Part shown: one piece after another, positions 13,701 through 28,183 of the stretch
Position numbering within the stretch: position 1 is the stretch's first letter
Layout of the letters: every line of letters starts with the position of its first letter
Source: Tubulanus polymorphus
Lineage: Eukaryota; Animalia; Nemertea
Direction: 5' to 3'
DNA length: 64,000 nucleotides
Assembly (NCBI RefSeq): GCF_964204645.1
Contig: NC_134026.1
Location: 26,136,150-26,200,149, forward strand
The notes under the pieces: generated by a model
The model's database searches: none
What the model was told of the DNA's origin: nothing
What the model saw: the letters and a program-made list of their open reading frames with translations, nothing else
Translations under genes and position numbers: made by a program

Positions 13701-14790
13701 TAATAATTTTTACCAATAAACTCGGATGCGAAGTGCTGACAGCTGCTTCCTCTTCCACTGACTTGCGACAATCTGGACAAACCCACTGAGGCAAATGGGC
13801 GAAGTAATTCATTTCTGAAAACGTTAACAGAAGCAGAGGTTATCACGAGTAAAACTGATACAAACCTGTACCAGCACCAGATGTAACAGACTGATTACCC
13901 ATAGTAACTTGCTGAAAATTTCTAAGTTCTTTTTTATTGAAGGGAGGATATCTCCTTGTTCAAGATTATAACTAAGGTTTACTTGCAAAATCACCTCTGA
14001 AAAACATGTCACTAAAATCATTCAGTGCATTTATCACTAACCTGCTGAATTTCCATCTGCATCTGAAGAATCCGATGATGATGAGCGTTTTGGACGTTCA
14101 CATCGACACAAAAAACATCGGTCATCCAAAAATGGTGTTGGTAATGGGGAAGCTGAAGATGACGGAGTTGTAGACCTCTGCTGGACGAAGTCAAAATCGC
14201 CATCCATGAGCTGTTCGATTTTATCCAAATCCTGCAATAATAACTAGAATTAGTTAAAGATTGGTATAAAATCAAGATGATTATCCAACAATTTGATTTT
14301 CGAAAAAATCCTAATGACAGTCCGGAAACCTGACTATAGCTAGATCCACACCAGATTAAAACGTGATTTTATCTATTCTAATAACCAACAAGCTAATGAC
14401 TTGAATCAATCATTCCGCGAAGATATTCTCATTAAGTTTATTCTAAAAACCTCAGTTGTTAAGTTGACACGATGGAATAAGTACCTCTTGAGTTGGCATT
14501 TGAATACTGGAAAGGAGTGGTAAACGGTGTTTTTTACGCCGCTCATCAGCACTTTTTCCGACTTGCTCCGTTGCACCAGGGTTTGATAAATTCCTGTCTA
14601 GATCTGCAGGTAAAGGCACAGCAGTGTCGACCACAGATTTCTCGACATCACGTTGTTGTTGGATTTCAATTTCGACAGTTTTTTCATCATTCGATGTGGT
14701 GGGAACTTTGTCCTTCGAGCCTTTTTTAGACTTTTTGCGACGGCTTCGTTTGCTTTCAACCTGGCTCATCGTGTTATCAGATGAAACCAT
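7793..14790 (-). CDS. FAM193A: Protein FAM193A-like, ~17 exons
   Basis: Motifs YCDCCYCEFFGHG / PTSRNYTEMRDRLRLRL, LDELIKFING..SSKAAKRARQKQRK, C-terminal DDVFLP..DEFERELEEFKRFCL, N-terminal RLCMRDPHQLF; long low-complexity exons 8202-9838 and 10080-11293 flanked by GT-AG. Confidence 0.9.
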
Positions 14791-15655
14791 AAATTATCAA
14801 GGACAATATATGCTTTCCCGAAGGCTAACTTGCTTAAATATCGATGATTTCGCAGCGAGTGAAATATATTCTTCTATAACTACATTACGAGCCAATATGG
14901 CGTAGCCTACATTCACAGAATTCCGTATACATAAACACGAGACGGCGCTAGTGAGGGAAGGACAACAAACACTCGATAAAGTCTTCTACATTTTGCATAA
15001 CACTTGAACACTTTTGAAATCTAAAATATTACATTTTTAGTCACATGTAAAAGGATCACAAAGGATAAAGTGATTAGAAAGCTTTTGCTGAAACTCGATC
15101 ATCTATTTAGTCCTTATCCGTGTTGTAGTTCATTAATTTAGTGTATTTTCGCCCTCGGGCTCAGGTTAATGCCCTTTCGCTATTTTTTCTTGAAAATTTA
15201 TCTTGAGAAATTCCACTATATATCAGAAGTTTCAACCGCCCAATTTTTGAGTGGTTCTCTTCGATTCTCAAATATCATCTCAATAAAATTAAATTGTATT
15301 TACATTGAGTATGTTTTACTACGCGCAACATAGTACATTTTCAGTCAAAGAGGATCACAAGTTGCATATAGTAAATAGACCCTTTTTTAGTGTGAATATA
15401 TCCTAAGATTAATCACATTTGGCAAGGAATACGAGTTTGTTAGTAAGTACAGTTGGTGAGCTTTATTCAGTATTGAGCTGATGAAACAACAGTATCAGAC
15501 AATTTGAAGGAGGTTGGATTATACTGAATTAAGACCAAGTTCAATTCAAATCTTTTATTCATTTTAGAAAAAAAAAAATTAGCACTATACCTAGGACGCC
15601 ACTAGGCTACCATTCCGATCAATCCAATTCGACATAGTTCTTATTGTGCTTGAAT

Positions 15656-16445
15656 CACAGGGGTTTGGCGATGGGCTTGGATTTTATTTCCGGGTTGTTG
15701 ATAATCTCGCGAGAATGGCGCTAAATATGAACTGCGAATAAATTCAAAATATCACGGAAATACCTTGTGTTTATATTGTTTATTTATCCGCTATAAAGTT
15801 TCAATAAACAATTGGTTGTTAAGAATCATTATCAGACGGTCGTCACGCTTTACTATATAAAACCACAAGGGATGAAACGCCTTCAGAGTTGTGCCAGCCA
15901 GAAAGTTGGGACAGTCACGTGACTTAACGCTTCTTATTTGACTGAACGCGAACCTGAAGCATATAAGATGGAAACTATGATACGAAAAATATTTGAGAAT
16001 AACTTACATTCAAATGCATTTTTTGACTATGAATTATATATTTCATCATAATTGATTCTTTATAAGTTATTTATTTCATATGAATCATAATCTGACAATT
16101 GATATCGGTCTGTGAATATGTTAACTTTTCGTGTTGAAGTTTTAAATGCGATGACGTCATCAGAATGTCACGTGACTGTCCCAACTTTCTGGCTGAAAAT
16201 TTAAGTACAGCAGAGGCCTGGCGTTTCATCCCTTGTGATTTTATATAGTAAAGCGTGACGACCGTCTGATAATGATCCTTAACGACCAATTGTTTATCAG
16301 AACTTTATAGCGGATAAATAAACAATATAAACACAAGGTATTTCCGTGATATTTTGAATTTATTCGCAGTTCATATTTAGCACCATTCTCGCGAGATTAT
16401 CAACAACCCGGAAATAAAATCCAAGCCCATCGCCAAACCCCTGTG
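15656..16445. repeat. ~270-bp inverted repeat (arms 15656-15923 and 16167-16445, ~243-bp spacer) between the divergent FAM193A and SBNO genes
   Basis: The left arm CACAGGGGTTTGGCGATGGGCTTGG...ACAGTCACGTGAC is the near-exact reverse complement of the right arm GTCACGTGACTGT...CCAAGCCCATCGCCAAACCCCTGTG, with a few substitutions and one short divergent patch. Confidence 0.95.
15705..16396. promoter_or_regulatory. Putative bidirectional promoter with duplicated housekeeping motifs
   Basis: TCTCGCGAGA (BANP/Kaiso-type palindrome) at 15705-15714 and 16387-16396; GTCACGTGAC E-box at 15914-15923 and 16167-16176; TGACGTCA CRE at 16152-16159; CCGGAA ETS-like sites; located upstream of both divergent genes. 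Confidence 0.6.
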
Positions 16446-16632
16446 GCTTGAATAAGAAGTTGTAGGCCTATATGACTTGTGCAATTGATTGGTATAACCT
16501 TGCACATGAGCTCAAATGGCATTGGCATGGTGATAAGACATTTTAAACTTAAAAAGAAATTTTCCTTGTAGTTGCGACATGATGATGATGAACAGCGATG
16601 AACCAAGTCAAGCTGACTTGTTTTTTAGCAGC

Positions 16633-19600
16633 ATGATGGAGCTACAAGCAACTGCTACCCCTTTATCTGCTCCGGTAAGTTCAAATTCATCATTCTTAAC
16701 AAGACAATGCATTTTACCTAAATCAGCTCATTATTGATGTATTTCATTTCAGAAAACAGAAGCTAAAGTCAACAATGATGGAAAGGAAAATATGGAATCG
16801 GATTCCAAAATCATTCCGACAGAGAACAATACAAATTTGAAACCTACAGTTATTGAGTCTAAATCTAATGATGAGATTCAAATAAAACCAGTGACAACTA
16901 ATGTACAGACTGTAACTGTGAACAATCAAACCACTATTTCTCAAATACCAGTGACTTCTGTTCTACCAATTCGGACTACAATGACTTCAATACTACCCGG
17001 AACTAATGTGCGTAAGATCAGCTCCACTCCTATACGCGCTACGGGCCAATCAATTATTCGCATCACCAAACCTGGCGGTGGGATATCTTCACCAATTACC
17101 ATTCCTAGTCATTTAATTCAACGTGCTGGTCTCGTTAAAAGTGCGAGTACAGGAAATGTTGGTCAGCTTATTCGAACTGCGAGTGGACAAACTTTACGTG
17201 TTATCAGCGTTCCACGTCCAATGACGCCATCGAGCAACAGGCCACCGATTCCTGGACAAACTTTCTATCGGCCGCCTACTACTACTCAAGCAGTTATTAA
17301 ACAAAGTCTACCCGGGCGTTCCAGTTCGCCGGTAACTGTCATACGTAATGGACTGCCATCGCAACCAAGGTTACCAACATCTAATCTGATTCCTGTCACT
17401 CAAGCTACACAGAAGGACGTCTCCAGGCTCTGGTCAAATGAAGATCTTAAGCTAAAACAATTTAAACAAATTGGATCATCGGTATGGCTAAAGTTTCTTT
17501 TCTCATTTGTCAAAATTTGGAATGATCACAATTTTAGAAATCTTTTTTCCATTGTTTCCCTAGCAAATTGATGAAGAGGTTATTATTGAAGAAGAAGATG
17601 AATTAGGCCGAGCAGAAACGTATGCTGAATACATGCCTGAAAAAGGTGCAATTTATTAGCTCCGTCTGTACAAGTTGGAAATTCTAATGTCATTTGGTAT
17701 CTCAATTAAAACAAATAATTTGTTGTCTCCTTCTAGTAAAAATTGGTTTGAAGCATCCGGATCCAGTTGTAGAAACAAGTTCATTATCGAGTGTAGAGCC
17801 ACCAAATGTTAACTATAAGCTTTCAATTCCTGAGTCAGTGATGGACCATGGATATTTGTCGGCTCTTCAGTTAGAATCAATAATCTATGCATCTCAGAGA
17901 CACGAAACAATCCTTCCTAGTGGAGAACGCGCTGGATTTCTCATAGGTGAGACTAAAAATCCAGTTTTATTGTTGTTTTCTATAATCTGCCTGTCTCTAA
18001 ATGGATAAACTGAGAGTTCTGTCATTTGTTTAGGTGATGGTGCTGGTGTAGGAAAAGGTCGAACTATTGCCGGTATCATCTACGAAAATTACATCTTAGG
18101 TAGAAAAAGAGCTATTTGGTATGTTTATTCTGAAGACCCATTTGTTCAGATATATTAAGACGACTAATAAAACAGATTGTGGAGTTGAGATATATTGATT
18201 TTTCTAAAATCACAGGTTGAGTGTATCAAATGATCTCAGGGTCGATGCTGAGAGAGATCTAAGAGATATAGGTGCCGGAAAAATAGATGTACATGCTTTA
18301 AATAAGGTAGGTTGTTTATCGGTAAGAAATCGTTGGGACTGGGGAAAATGTGATGAATTGACAAAGCTAAATTTTTGTTGTTTCAGTTCAAATATGCAAA
18401 AATCTCATCAAAAATAAACAACAGCGTGAAGAAAGGTGTGATATTTGCAACATATTCATCATTGATAGGAGAAAGTCAGTCGGATAAGAAATATAAAACA
18501 CGATTGAAACAGTTACTGCACTGGTGTGGTGAAGACTATGATGGATGTGTATCTTTTTCATGATTTTGAATCGAAATCTGTACGAAAGTTATCTTATATG
18601 CTCTTGATTTGATATAGATCTTATGATATTGCCTTAATGTACATGAATTAGATAATTTTTGATGAGTGTCATAGAGCTAAGAATTTGTGTCCTGCTGGCT
18701 CGTCGAAACCAACCAAGACTGGTTTGACTGTTCTCGAGTTACAGAACCAACTGCCAAAAGCAAGAGTGGTGTATGCTAGTGCTACTGGTAAAGTGTTATT
18801 GAATCTTTCACTTCGTATCCCTATGTATTTTAATGTTAATAAGGTTTCTCTTGGTAATCATTCTTATAGGTGCTTCTGAACCGAGGAATATGGCCTACAT
18901 GACTCGACTTGGTCTTTGGGGTAAAGGTACTCCATTTATAGAATTCAACGAATTTATTCAAGCAGTTGAGCGTAGGTATGTGATACGTGATTTATAAATG
19001 TGCTCTATGTTTCTTTTGGTTCTGTATGGAGATTCACTCTATTCTCTGTTGTAATTTACAGGGGTGTTGGTGCTATGGAGCTTGTAGCGATGGATATGAA
19101 GTTGCGAGGAATGTATATCGCGCGACAGCTCAGCTTCCGTGGAGTTTCGTTCAAAATTGAAGAAGTCCCCATCCGCTCGGATTTTGTGCATATTTATAAC
19201 GAATCCGTGAAACTGGTAAAATTGATCGAAATAATCGCAATGAACACAAAGTGAGTCGATAGAGTTTGTACAAAAAAATTCTTTATTACAGTGGGTAGAT
19301 GCTCGTGCAAAGTTCCAGGAAGCTGCTGACCTGATTGATGCTGAACATCGTATGAGAAAGAATATGTGGGGACAGTTCTGGTCGGCTCATCAACGATTCT
19401 TCAAATACCTGTGTATATCTGCTAAAGTACGTCACTGCGTGAATTTAGCTCGTGAGGCAGTGAAATTTGGCAAGGTATTATCTTTTACACTACATTCACT
19501 CATGTAAAACATTGTTTGCATGAAACAGACATTCTTGTTATGTCAATTTCTGTGCATTTTTTCCCCTAGTGCGTTGTCATTGGTCTACAGTCAACTGGAG

Positions 19601-22600
19601 AGGCGCGAACATTGGAACAGCTGGAAGAAGCTGGTGGTGAACTGACTGATTTTGTATCAACTGCCAAGTAAGTAAAGTTCTTATTCGAATATGCTATTAT
19701 AATTTTGAGTGGTGAGTTTAGGTTTAATGATGATATATTGTCGTTTCAGGGGTGTTTTTCAAACTTTGGTTGAAAAACATTTTCCAGCTCCTGATAGACG
19801 GAAATTCCGGAGTTTAATGGGGCTAGGTTCTGGTATATTTGATGATGATAGTCCATCTCAATCCCCCAAACCTGGCTTTAAGAGGAAGCCTGGTAAGTCA
19901 AAATATGGCAGATGACTACCAGTTACTGGTTTTTCCTGACAAAAATGAACTGTACTGTACACAATTTATTCATTTAACTCATTGTTTTATTTTCAGAGAG
20001 ATTTGAAGAAGGTATGTACATGTGCATGCATTATGTGATAGGGCAATACAGTAAAGTAACTGATTAATGAAAATTCAGTGATTAAAAACCATCTATGATT
20101 ATATTATACAGACAACTATCCACCAGAGAAAAAGATGAAAGAAAGCAGTTCATCATCATCTTCAGATGAATCAAGTTCTGAAGATGAAGAGGATTCAGAA
20201 CCGGATAGTGATTTCAATCCATTTGGTGGCTCGGATAGTGATGAAGATGGTAATTATTTATTTGATTATCAAGTGACAAGTATCAAACAGATCACCGGTA
20301 TGACATGTGTAGTAAGTCGAAATGTGACTGATTTTAGATCCATGGTTGAAGAAGAAAGCAAAGAAACAAAAGCTCAAAGCAAAAAGTAAAAAACCCAAAA
20401 AAGAGAAGAAAGTTAAGAAGGAGAAAAGAAAACACGATGATGAAGATGCTAAATTTGATAATGCCTTGAGAGCTGCAGGCCTCATGTCGAAAGGTCACCA
20501 ATCAGAAAATGATTACAGTTTATCAATTCCTAAAAAACCATTAGTTGATATAGGTAAATACATACGCAAGCTATAGTTGAGCAAAGTTATGCTGACTTCG
20601 TTTAATTTTTGTTCGTATGGCTGTAATTTGTATTTAAGGGCAAAGCACATCAGAACCAGTTAGTGTAGATGCTAGGGACCGTGCGATGACTCTGAAAAAC
20701 CAACTATTAAGACAAGTCGAGCAAATTGGTAAACATTTACCATCTAACACTCTAGATGAACTAATTGATCTTCTTGGTGGTCCAGATAATGTTGCAGAGG
20801 TATGAATATTTTCTGTCCTCTCTAAATATTTTATCAAGCCACTGGTCCGGTACTTTAATATTATTATATGAAACATTGATTTAGATGACCGGTAGAAAGG
20901 GCCGTGTTGTATGTAATGATGATGGTGAGATACAGTATGAATCTCGTAGTGAATTAGATGTTCCACTCGAAATTCTAAATCTTACTGAAAAACAAAGGTT
21001 TATGGATGGAGAAAAGGTTAGTCTCACTTGGATCCTGGATACACAGCTTATTCTGATCTTTGAAATATTGCTTCCATATTTCAGAACAAACTACGTATGC
21101 TTTTGTCTTATTTTGTAGCATATTGCTATCATTTCCGAGGCTGCCAGTTCAGGTATTTCTTTACAAGCTGACAGACGGGCTTACAATCAAAGACGACGTG
21201 TTCATATTACATTAGAATTACCATGGAGTGCTGATAGGGCTATACAGCAATTTGGTGAGTATTCATGCAAACGTCATTCATGTTCTACAATATCTTTGAA
21301 AAAATCAATCGAAAAATGCTGTTTTATTTTCATGTTAAGGACGTACACATCGATCAAATCAAGTGAGTGCACCAGAATATATATTCATGATCTCAGAATT
21401 AGCAGGAGAAAGGAGATTTGCTTCAACTGTCTCTAAGCGTTTAGAAAGTTTAGTAAGTGCCCTAATCATTGCATTTATGGTGATATTGCCTTAAAGAAAT
21501 TTTTTTGACCATTTAGAGCATATTTTTTGACTATGTTTTCAGGGTGCTTTAACTCATGGTGACAGGCGAGCCACTGAATCAAGAGATCTAAGCCAATTCA
21601 ACATAGATAATAAGGTATTTTGATAAATCAACCTCATCTTCGATGTTTGTAATTGAATGAATGCTATTTCTATTGCTTAAAATGCTCATTTGTAGTTTGG
21701 TCGTACGGCTCTTGAAAATGTGATGAAATCTGTGATAGAAATTGAAAACCCATTGGTTTCACTGCCTACTGATTATGAAGGTGATTTTATAAAAGGTATG
21801 TAATGAACCGTAAGAGGAAGTGAAACGCAAGTTATTTAGTGGTTTTGTATATTGTAATACTGGTAATCTTTCTATCTTAGAGTTACGTGAAGCATTAATC
21901 GGTGTCGGAATGCTTGCGTCGGATGCTAATTTCATTGTGCCAACTTTGGAGAAAGATTACAACAATATCAGCAAATTCCTTAATCGAATTTTGGGAATTA
22001 AAGTGTACTTGCAAAATCAACTGTTTAAGTTTTTCTCGGATACGCTGGCAGCAGTCATTCTTCAAGCGAAACGTGATGGAAAATGGGATCTCGGTATTTT
22101 AGGTAAGCAAACACTGTATAGATGGCGACATTGATCTTAAACTCTTCACACTGCTGTTTACCATTTGCCGAGTAGGAGTGCAAATATAAAAGTTTAAATA
22201 AGGCAAAATGTTTCCTGGATGGAGTGAATAGCTCATTAACCGATATTTATAGCATCAATCCAAGATTTGATAGCAACTTTAGTTGACATCTAACCGAGGT
22301 CAAGGTCATAAATGAGATGGTGTATGATAAGCACGTTTACATCACACTTCATCCTGCAATTATAAACGTCATTAATGTAGTATAACGAAGTGTTTTCTAG
22401 CGTGATTGATGAGATCAACTAGAGATCAGTCAGTGTGTAGCACCACTTGACCATAGTTTTCAAAAACAATGTCCTTTCCTTCGTGTATATGCAGATTGGT
22501 TTTATCCAGTTGTAATTCTTAAATCTTCAATAGCTCCATTTGGATAGATAGTTTTGCGTTGATATGATGCTTCGAAGATCGTAACCCTTTTCACTTATAG

Positions 22601-25600
22601 AGTAGACAATAAAAAATATATTTCTTCAGATCTTGGTGCTGGTAGTGAAAATGTAAAGGTGCTAAAACGTCAAGTATTTATCGGCCACAAGTCCGCAAAT
22701 GGTGCAAAGACAGAACTTATAACTGTGAGTTGTTTGAAATCTGACCACTCGTCGATAGACGAATGATGATATCAGTGTAAATAAGCCCTTTATAAATATG
22801 TATTTGTATAATCATCCAGGTGAGTGTTGAAAGAGGTCTATCCTGGGAGGATGTGTTAGACATTTGGAGGGACCATACTGGCAAGGAGGATGGGTTCTAT
22901 GTATCAACTCAGGTAGTTTATTTTGCATATCCGCTAATTTTGGAGAAAGGTAGTTAATTTGTCGTTTTTATATCAATGTCGATATTTTCTGCTTAAAGAT
23001 GAGGGCTAGGAACACAACTTGTATTCTGGCAGTGGCTCAGTCAAGTAGCCGGAAAAGAGAAAAACTGTACAATGTTTACAGACCAAACACAGGTTTACAA
23101 CCTCGACCAGAATCATTAGAATCGATAAAAAAGAAATACAAAAAGGTATTAAATGCACACTTCCTTATTATCGAAGTATAACAGGTTGCTTTATGCGAAA
23201 ATGATTTGAGGTTTTTCCAATGAAATTAAGAAGCTGAAATATGACCGTGTATTGCAGGTTGTAGCGGATGAAGCCCAATATTCCTGGGAACAACAATTTG
23301 ATTCCTCCGCTAAACACTGCAGTCATATGTTTTTGTAAGTTGACCATTTCTGAACTCCTGTTTAAGACACCACATAGCGATCAAATGTTCACAATTCAAG
23401 CGATTGTTATTTCAGGCACGGAGTATGCAAAAGACAAACTGTCGGATTATCATGTGAAATTGGTTTGCGAATTCGTACCTATCACATACTGGCGGGATCT
23501 GTATTGAGCGTTTGGGGTAAAGTTGAGAATGTTTTGACATCGGTTCCTGGTGCGAGTGCCTCGCGTATGCAGATTGTACGACTACGCACGGATGATGGAA
23601 AACGTATTGTTGGTAAGTACACACGTTTATTTACTACAACAAAATCATCGATGAACTATTGTTTAATGTGAACATGGTAGAGGTATTTCGTTACTGCTGC
23701 CCCGATTAAACTACTCGCATGGCTCACACAGTTCCCTTGGTAAAAAGAAAAAAACAGAATGTATCAATTTTACATATGCTCATCCTGGTAGAAAATATTA
23801 TGCTATTTTAGTGCCTGCAAATAGCATAGGTATAACTAAATTATGTTACCTGTCATGGTCTGACTGCTGAGTAAGTGTCTGCTTTCTCCTGATAGGCTTT
23901 CATTTTCACTGAAAAAGAGATTAATTGATAAAAGCCTCGACTTCTTTAGCATTTTGAATCAATTGCAATATTCAGTTGCACCTTTGTGTGTCGATTAAAC
24001 ACCCATATTCGTTGTCAGTCCACTGAAGTAATTTTTCTATCCAGTCAGTTCGAAGAAATTCCTCAAAGTTGACCAGTGAACACACAACAACTGAAAGTAT
24101 ATCAACTTATATACCTGGAACTCGTTCTAGCTGATCTATTTATTTCATGGTATCTCGTACTCTGCATAAGTATTTTACTTAGTATTCAAAGCTTACTTGA
24201 TTCAGCAAAAAGGTCTTTCATTGTTCCGATTCTTTCTCCATCTAGCCTATCGAAGATTCCCGATTGGAAATTCATCTGAGCCTCGCTATATATACGTGTA
24301 CAGAGATGAACCACGCGTTCTTCTATATTTGTGTTTTCTTGCTCGAGATGTTTGTTCAGTTTGTGGCTGCAGGCAATCTGTTTAAAGAGAGTCACCCTCG
24401 CGTTTCTGTTACCGGCTATTCATAACTTTCATGCGTACCGAATTGACACTAACCTGTTTAAAGTCACTGATGAAAAGATACAGAAGTTGATGTGTGGCTT
24501 TGTACCCATTGTCTTCTGGTGGACTACGTGGCCGCATGAATTCCAGACATTTCGGAGAAATATCACACTTTTCCGATGACGCTCTAGGATTGAATCATTA
24601 AACAAATGTTATAAGTATCATGATTTGAAAATACAGTTTAGGAAAGAAGTTTTCATACTCGTGCGTTCCGATTAATCTAGAGAAGCATTCATCCCCTACT
24701 CCTGTATCATATTTGTATAGTTCGGCGTGTACTCTATCTGAATCTAACCCGTTCAGTTCATAATAATGCGTGCTGATTTTATGCGGACGATTCAATGTCA
24801 AAAAATTCATCGGTCCTTCGCTGAGCGGCGAGAATTTCTCATTGTACGAATCTAACTCGTTAGATTTAGTGAGATCGATGATGTTAGTCACATGGTTGTA
24901 TAGTTCATTGATCTTCTTGCTTTCATCAGTTGGAAGTCTGTCTGATTGACTTAACTTTCCAAGTGTATCTGTACAGAAAGAAGAATTAGAAATTCTGAAT
25001 TATGACAGCTTGATACGTCGGTGTCGTGAAAATTTACTTTTGATAATGAACGAGGCCTACCTTTGATTACCTGTATAGCAGTGAGAGCATCCGCATCAAC
25101 ATTGTCAATATCTGATTCAAACAGGTTAAACAATTTCGTTAAGTGTTCGCAAATCTTATCAGATAACTCCGCTTTGTGATAGGAGGATGAAAAAAAGTTT
25201 TGCTGCAACGCTAGAACACAGAGAAAACATAGCAGTGCTATTCCGATATTCCTGATACTCCTTTTCATTTCCTATCAGTAAGTTGAATTCGTATAGCTTA
25301 GGCTAACTGTACTGGTATGTGTTTACTTTGTGCAACACTTTCAGTACTACCAGTTGTATTGGGGCAAGACTTTTCTTGTGATCCTTGGACCGATAAATAA
25401 CAAAGTCATTCTTTTGAACTTATTTTCGGTTCAGCGCATGACAACGTGTACGCTTTTATTCATGTAGTTTAATTGTTTTTATACATGAATGCATGCCTCG
25501 GAGCCTCTTTTAGATATTAGACAATAATCCTTGCAAATAAAATGGTTTCTATATCTGAGAGGTATCCAGTCATATGATGATTTTCAGTGTGAAGAATACT

Positions 25601-27115
25601 TGCTCCATCCGCCTCCACTGTTAGTTTTACATTTCACCGATCAAATTATCATTTTCTTCTTGAACTACAGTTTGTGGTGACATAATAAGGTTTACGAACC
25701 AGTGATCCAGAATTTGAGGACTGGTCGTCATAGAAATTCTGGAACCTTGAATTCCACTGTGGTTTATAATTACAAATTATATCCCACTCATAATTTCGAG
25801 TTCATGATTTTTTCGGGGGAATCAAATCGTTTTGAGATCGCAGTTTTTATTTCTTGGTCAATTTCTTGCTGAATGAGGATTTGTACTTTATGTTTAATCA
25901 GGGAGGTGCGAGGAAATGTCCCTGGTCTAATATTCACATGACACAATATCCTTCAGTTTACAAAATAACTCCCCAACAGTCGCTTCTAATCTTATTCGAA
26001 ACAATGATTGCTTCTTGAAAGTGCCAAGTGATACCCATGGGTAAGCCACATTACCATTCACTCTGATCTTCCACGACGTAGCCATAAATGGATAAATCAA
26101 TGAACTAACTTTTAGATATTTCCGTTTCTTCAATCACCCAGCGGTTTCTCCCAGACAGCAATGATTCTGTTGTTTAATCGACAATAAACACTTAAGATGT
26201 CATCTACTCGAGTTTACTCGACTTATCACAATCTGCAGATATTGATTTCATCATATCATTCTCCATCATACAATTCTAATGTCGTTTTTGCATGTGTAAA
26301 TGTTGTTTCCAGATTCTCTGAAAAACATGTTCTCTGACAGTGAAGTCAAAACATGATGAGTCTTTAGCAAAATATGATTCTAATGATTTATACAAACTAG
26401 CAGTCAGAATATTGATTTTCATGGTTTCTCAAGCGTCATCTGTTTATGAATTCATGTGGCGTAAGGATTGTCATTTTTCACAACTTTCTTTTCATTGAAC
26501 TGTGGATACCGGTACACTCCCTCCACCCTTCCCTCTCTCTATTTAATGTCATTGTTAATTCAGATTCTGTCGAGTCTACCGTTACCACGTCTTCATGAAT
26601 AATTGAAAAGCATTCATTATTTTTGAGAACTTAATTCTGGTTGTAATAGAAAACCTGCAGCAGTCTACGCGAAATATTTTACTAGTTGGTCTTCTCTGTC
26701 AACAATGTTTGTACAAAACAAACTGGCTTTTCTTTACTTTACGAAGATGGAGTTTCAGGTGTCTACTGTAATTCTGCCTCAGTAATGAGAGAGATATGAA
26801 TGATATGTAGTCGGAGATGGATATTGATGGAACTTGACTCGTTTTTGTCTAGTTTATCTGAATGATGATGAGGTTTTATGTTTTTATTTTACAGGGAGTA
26901 TCATTCCGGGAAATTGTTACGACGCGATGTGTAATGTTCTAAAAGATTGGGCGAATAATGGGACTCCGACGCAGGTACGCAGCAATAGTCCATTCCTGAA
27001 ACAGCATGTCGTTGCTAGTCGCAGTGACAGTCCTCTTCTGATGACCGGCGGGCACTCATCGACTTCTTCTAAATATGCATCATTCAAGAGTTTAGATATG
27101 CCCAGTTTTTTCTAA
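16633..27115 (+). CDS. SBNO1: Protein strawberry notch homolog (SBNO1/2), ~30 exons
   Basis: [138 protein letters not shown]; last exon 26894-27115 follows a 3.3-kb intron. Confidence 0.96.
18549..18651 (+). other. Minor-spliceosome (U12-type, GT-AG) intron in SBNO
   Basis: Donor GTATCTTT, branch-site-like TGCCTTAAT at 18630-18638 about 12 nt before the AG, no polypyrimidine tract; joins DYDGC to IIFDECH in frame. Confidence 0.75.
23656..25268 (-). CDS. C16orf89: UPF0764/C16orf89 homolog (DUF4735), secreted; nested antisense in the last SBNO intron
   Basis: Seven exons splice in frame: signal peptide [20 protein letters not shown]; [11 protein letters not shown]; [18 protein letters not shown]; KDLFAES; [26 protein letters not shown]; [15 protein letters not shown] (stop 23658-23656). 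Confidence 0.85.
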
Positions 27116-28183
27116 TGCATGATAACTGAAAAATTTCATCGACATATTTGTTATTCATAAAGGTTTCGATGCTGATGCTGAAGATGAGCGCATGCCTCTC
27201 TATGGCAATGCCCTACTAGCATACTTGAATTTCAATTCAATCAACTCCTGATTTTCTTCTAATAGCCTAAGTGCGGAGAGATTGTGTAAAGAAATCTAGC
27301 TGACACTCAGATAGTTGTGTGTCATTCTATATGCCACGCCCTGGGTTTGGGTTTTGTACTACGGTGTACTTTGGTGTTCAGAGAAACCGAATAGAATTGT
27401 ATATTGCCTAAATACACGACTGGTTGCATTTTTGGTTCTTTCTGTAGAGCTTGTATGTGGTTAATAGAGCTGTTTAGCAGACATTAGTTGCTGTTTTCTT
27501 AGGAAAGTTAAAGCAGGAAGAGTTGTTCGCCTGTTTATGTGACTGGGAGGAAAATGATGTAAGCATGATTTGCAATGATGATAGCCCAGCAATGAATTTG
27601 AATGTATATAGATTTATGAAATAGATTCACCAAATATGGATTGAATAAATCATCAGAATCATCCATGCCTTCACTATCAGTGTATTAGATTTTACAAATA
27701 TTGAATCCTTCTGATGAATTATTACTAGAATAAGGTCGTAATAATCATGAATTGTTTGAATACATCATTACGTATCAAAGCAATGATAATTTTAATGATG
27801 AATTAGTACTTGATTTTCTTCATAATTTCAATGATTTCCAGTGCAGTAATTTACATATTTGTTCACGTGAATGTGATTCAACATTTAACCCTATTGGGGC
27901 TGTATGATAATTGAATTCTAGTAGATGAAATATTCCGAGAATGATGAGTGATTGATATTCAGAAGAGAAAAAATCAATGGTGATAAGATTTGAGTGTGAA
28001 GAGGTTTGCTGGATGTTGGGATTAATCATTAAAAACTGAAACTGCGTTGATTTTAACTGATTAATGTTTGTACATGTATATTGTTGGTTAGCGTGTATGA
28101 TTCTGTTAAATGTGTAAATAGATATATGAAGAGTTGTCAGTTTGAGGTCTATTGCATTTTTATTACGCTAAAAGAGCTTTCTT

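Noticed and set aside
25400-26830. Possible gene remnant or C/D snoRNA (ATGATGA at ~26353) in the SBNO intron
   Set aside because: No suitably placed D box or terminal stem, and no coherent reading frame.
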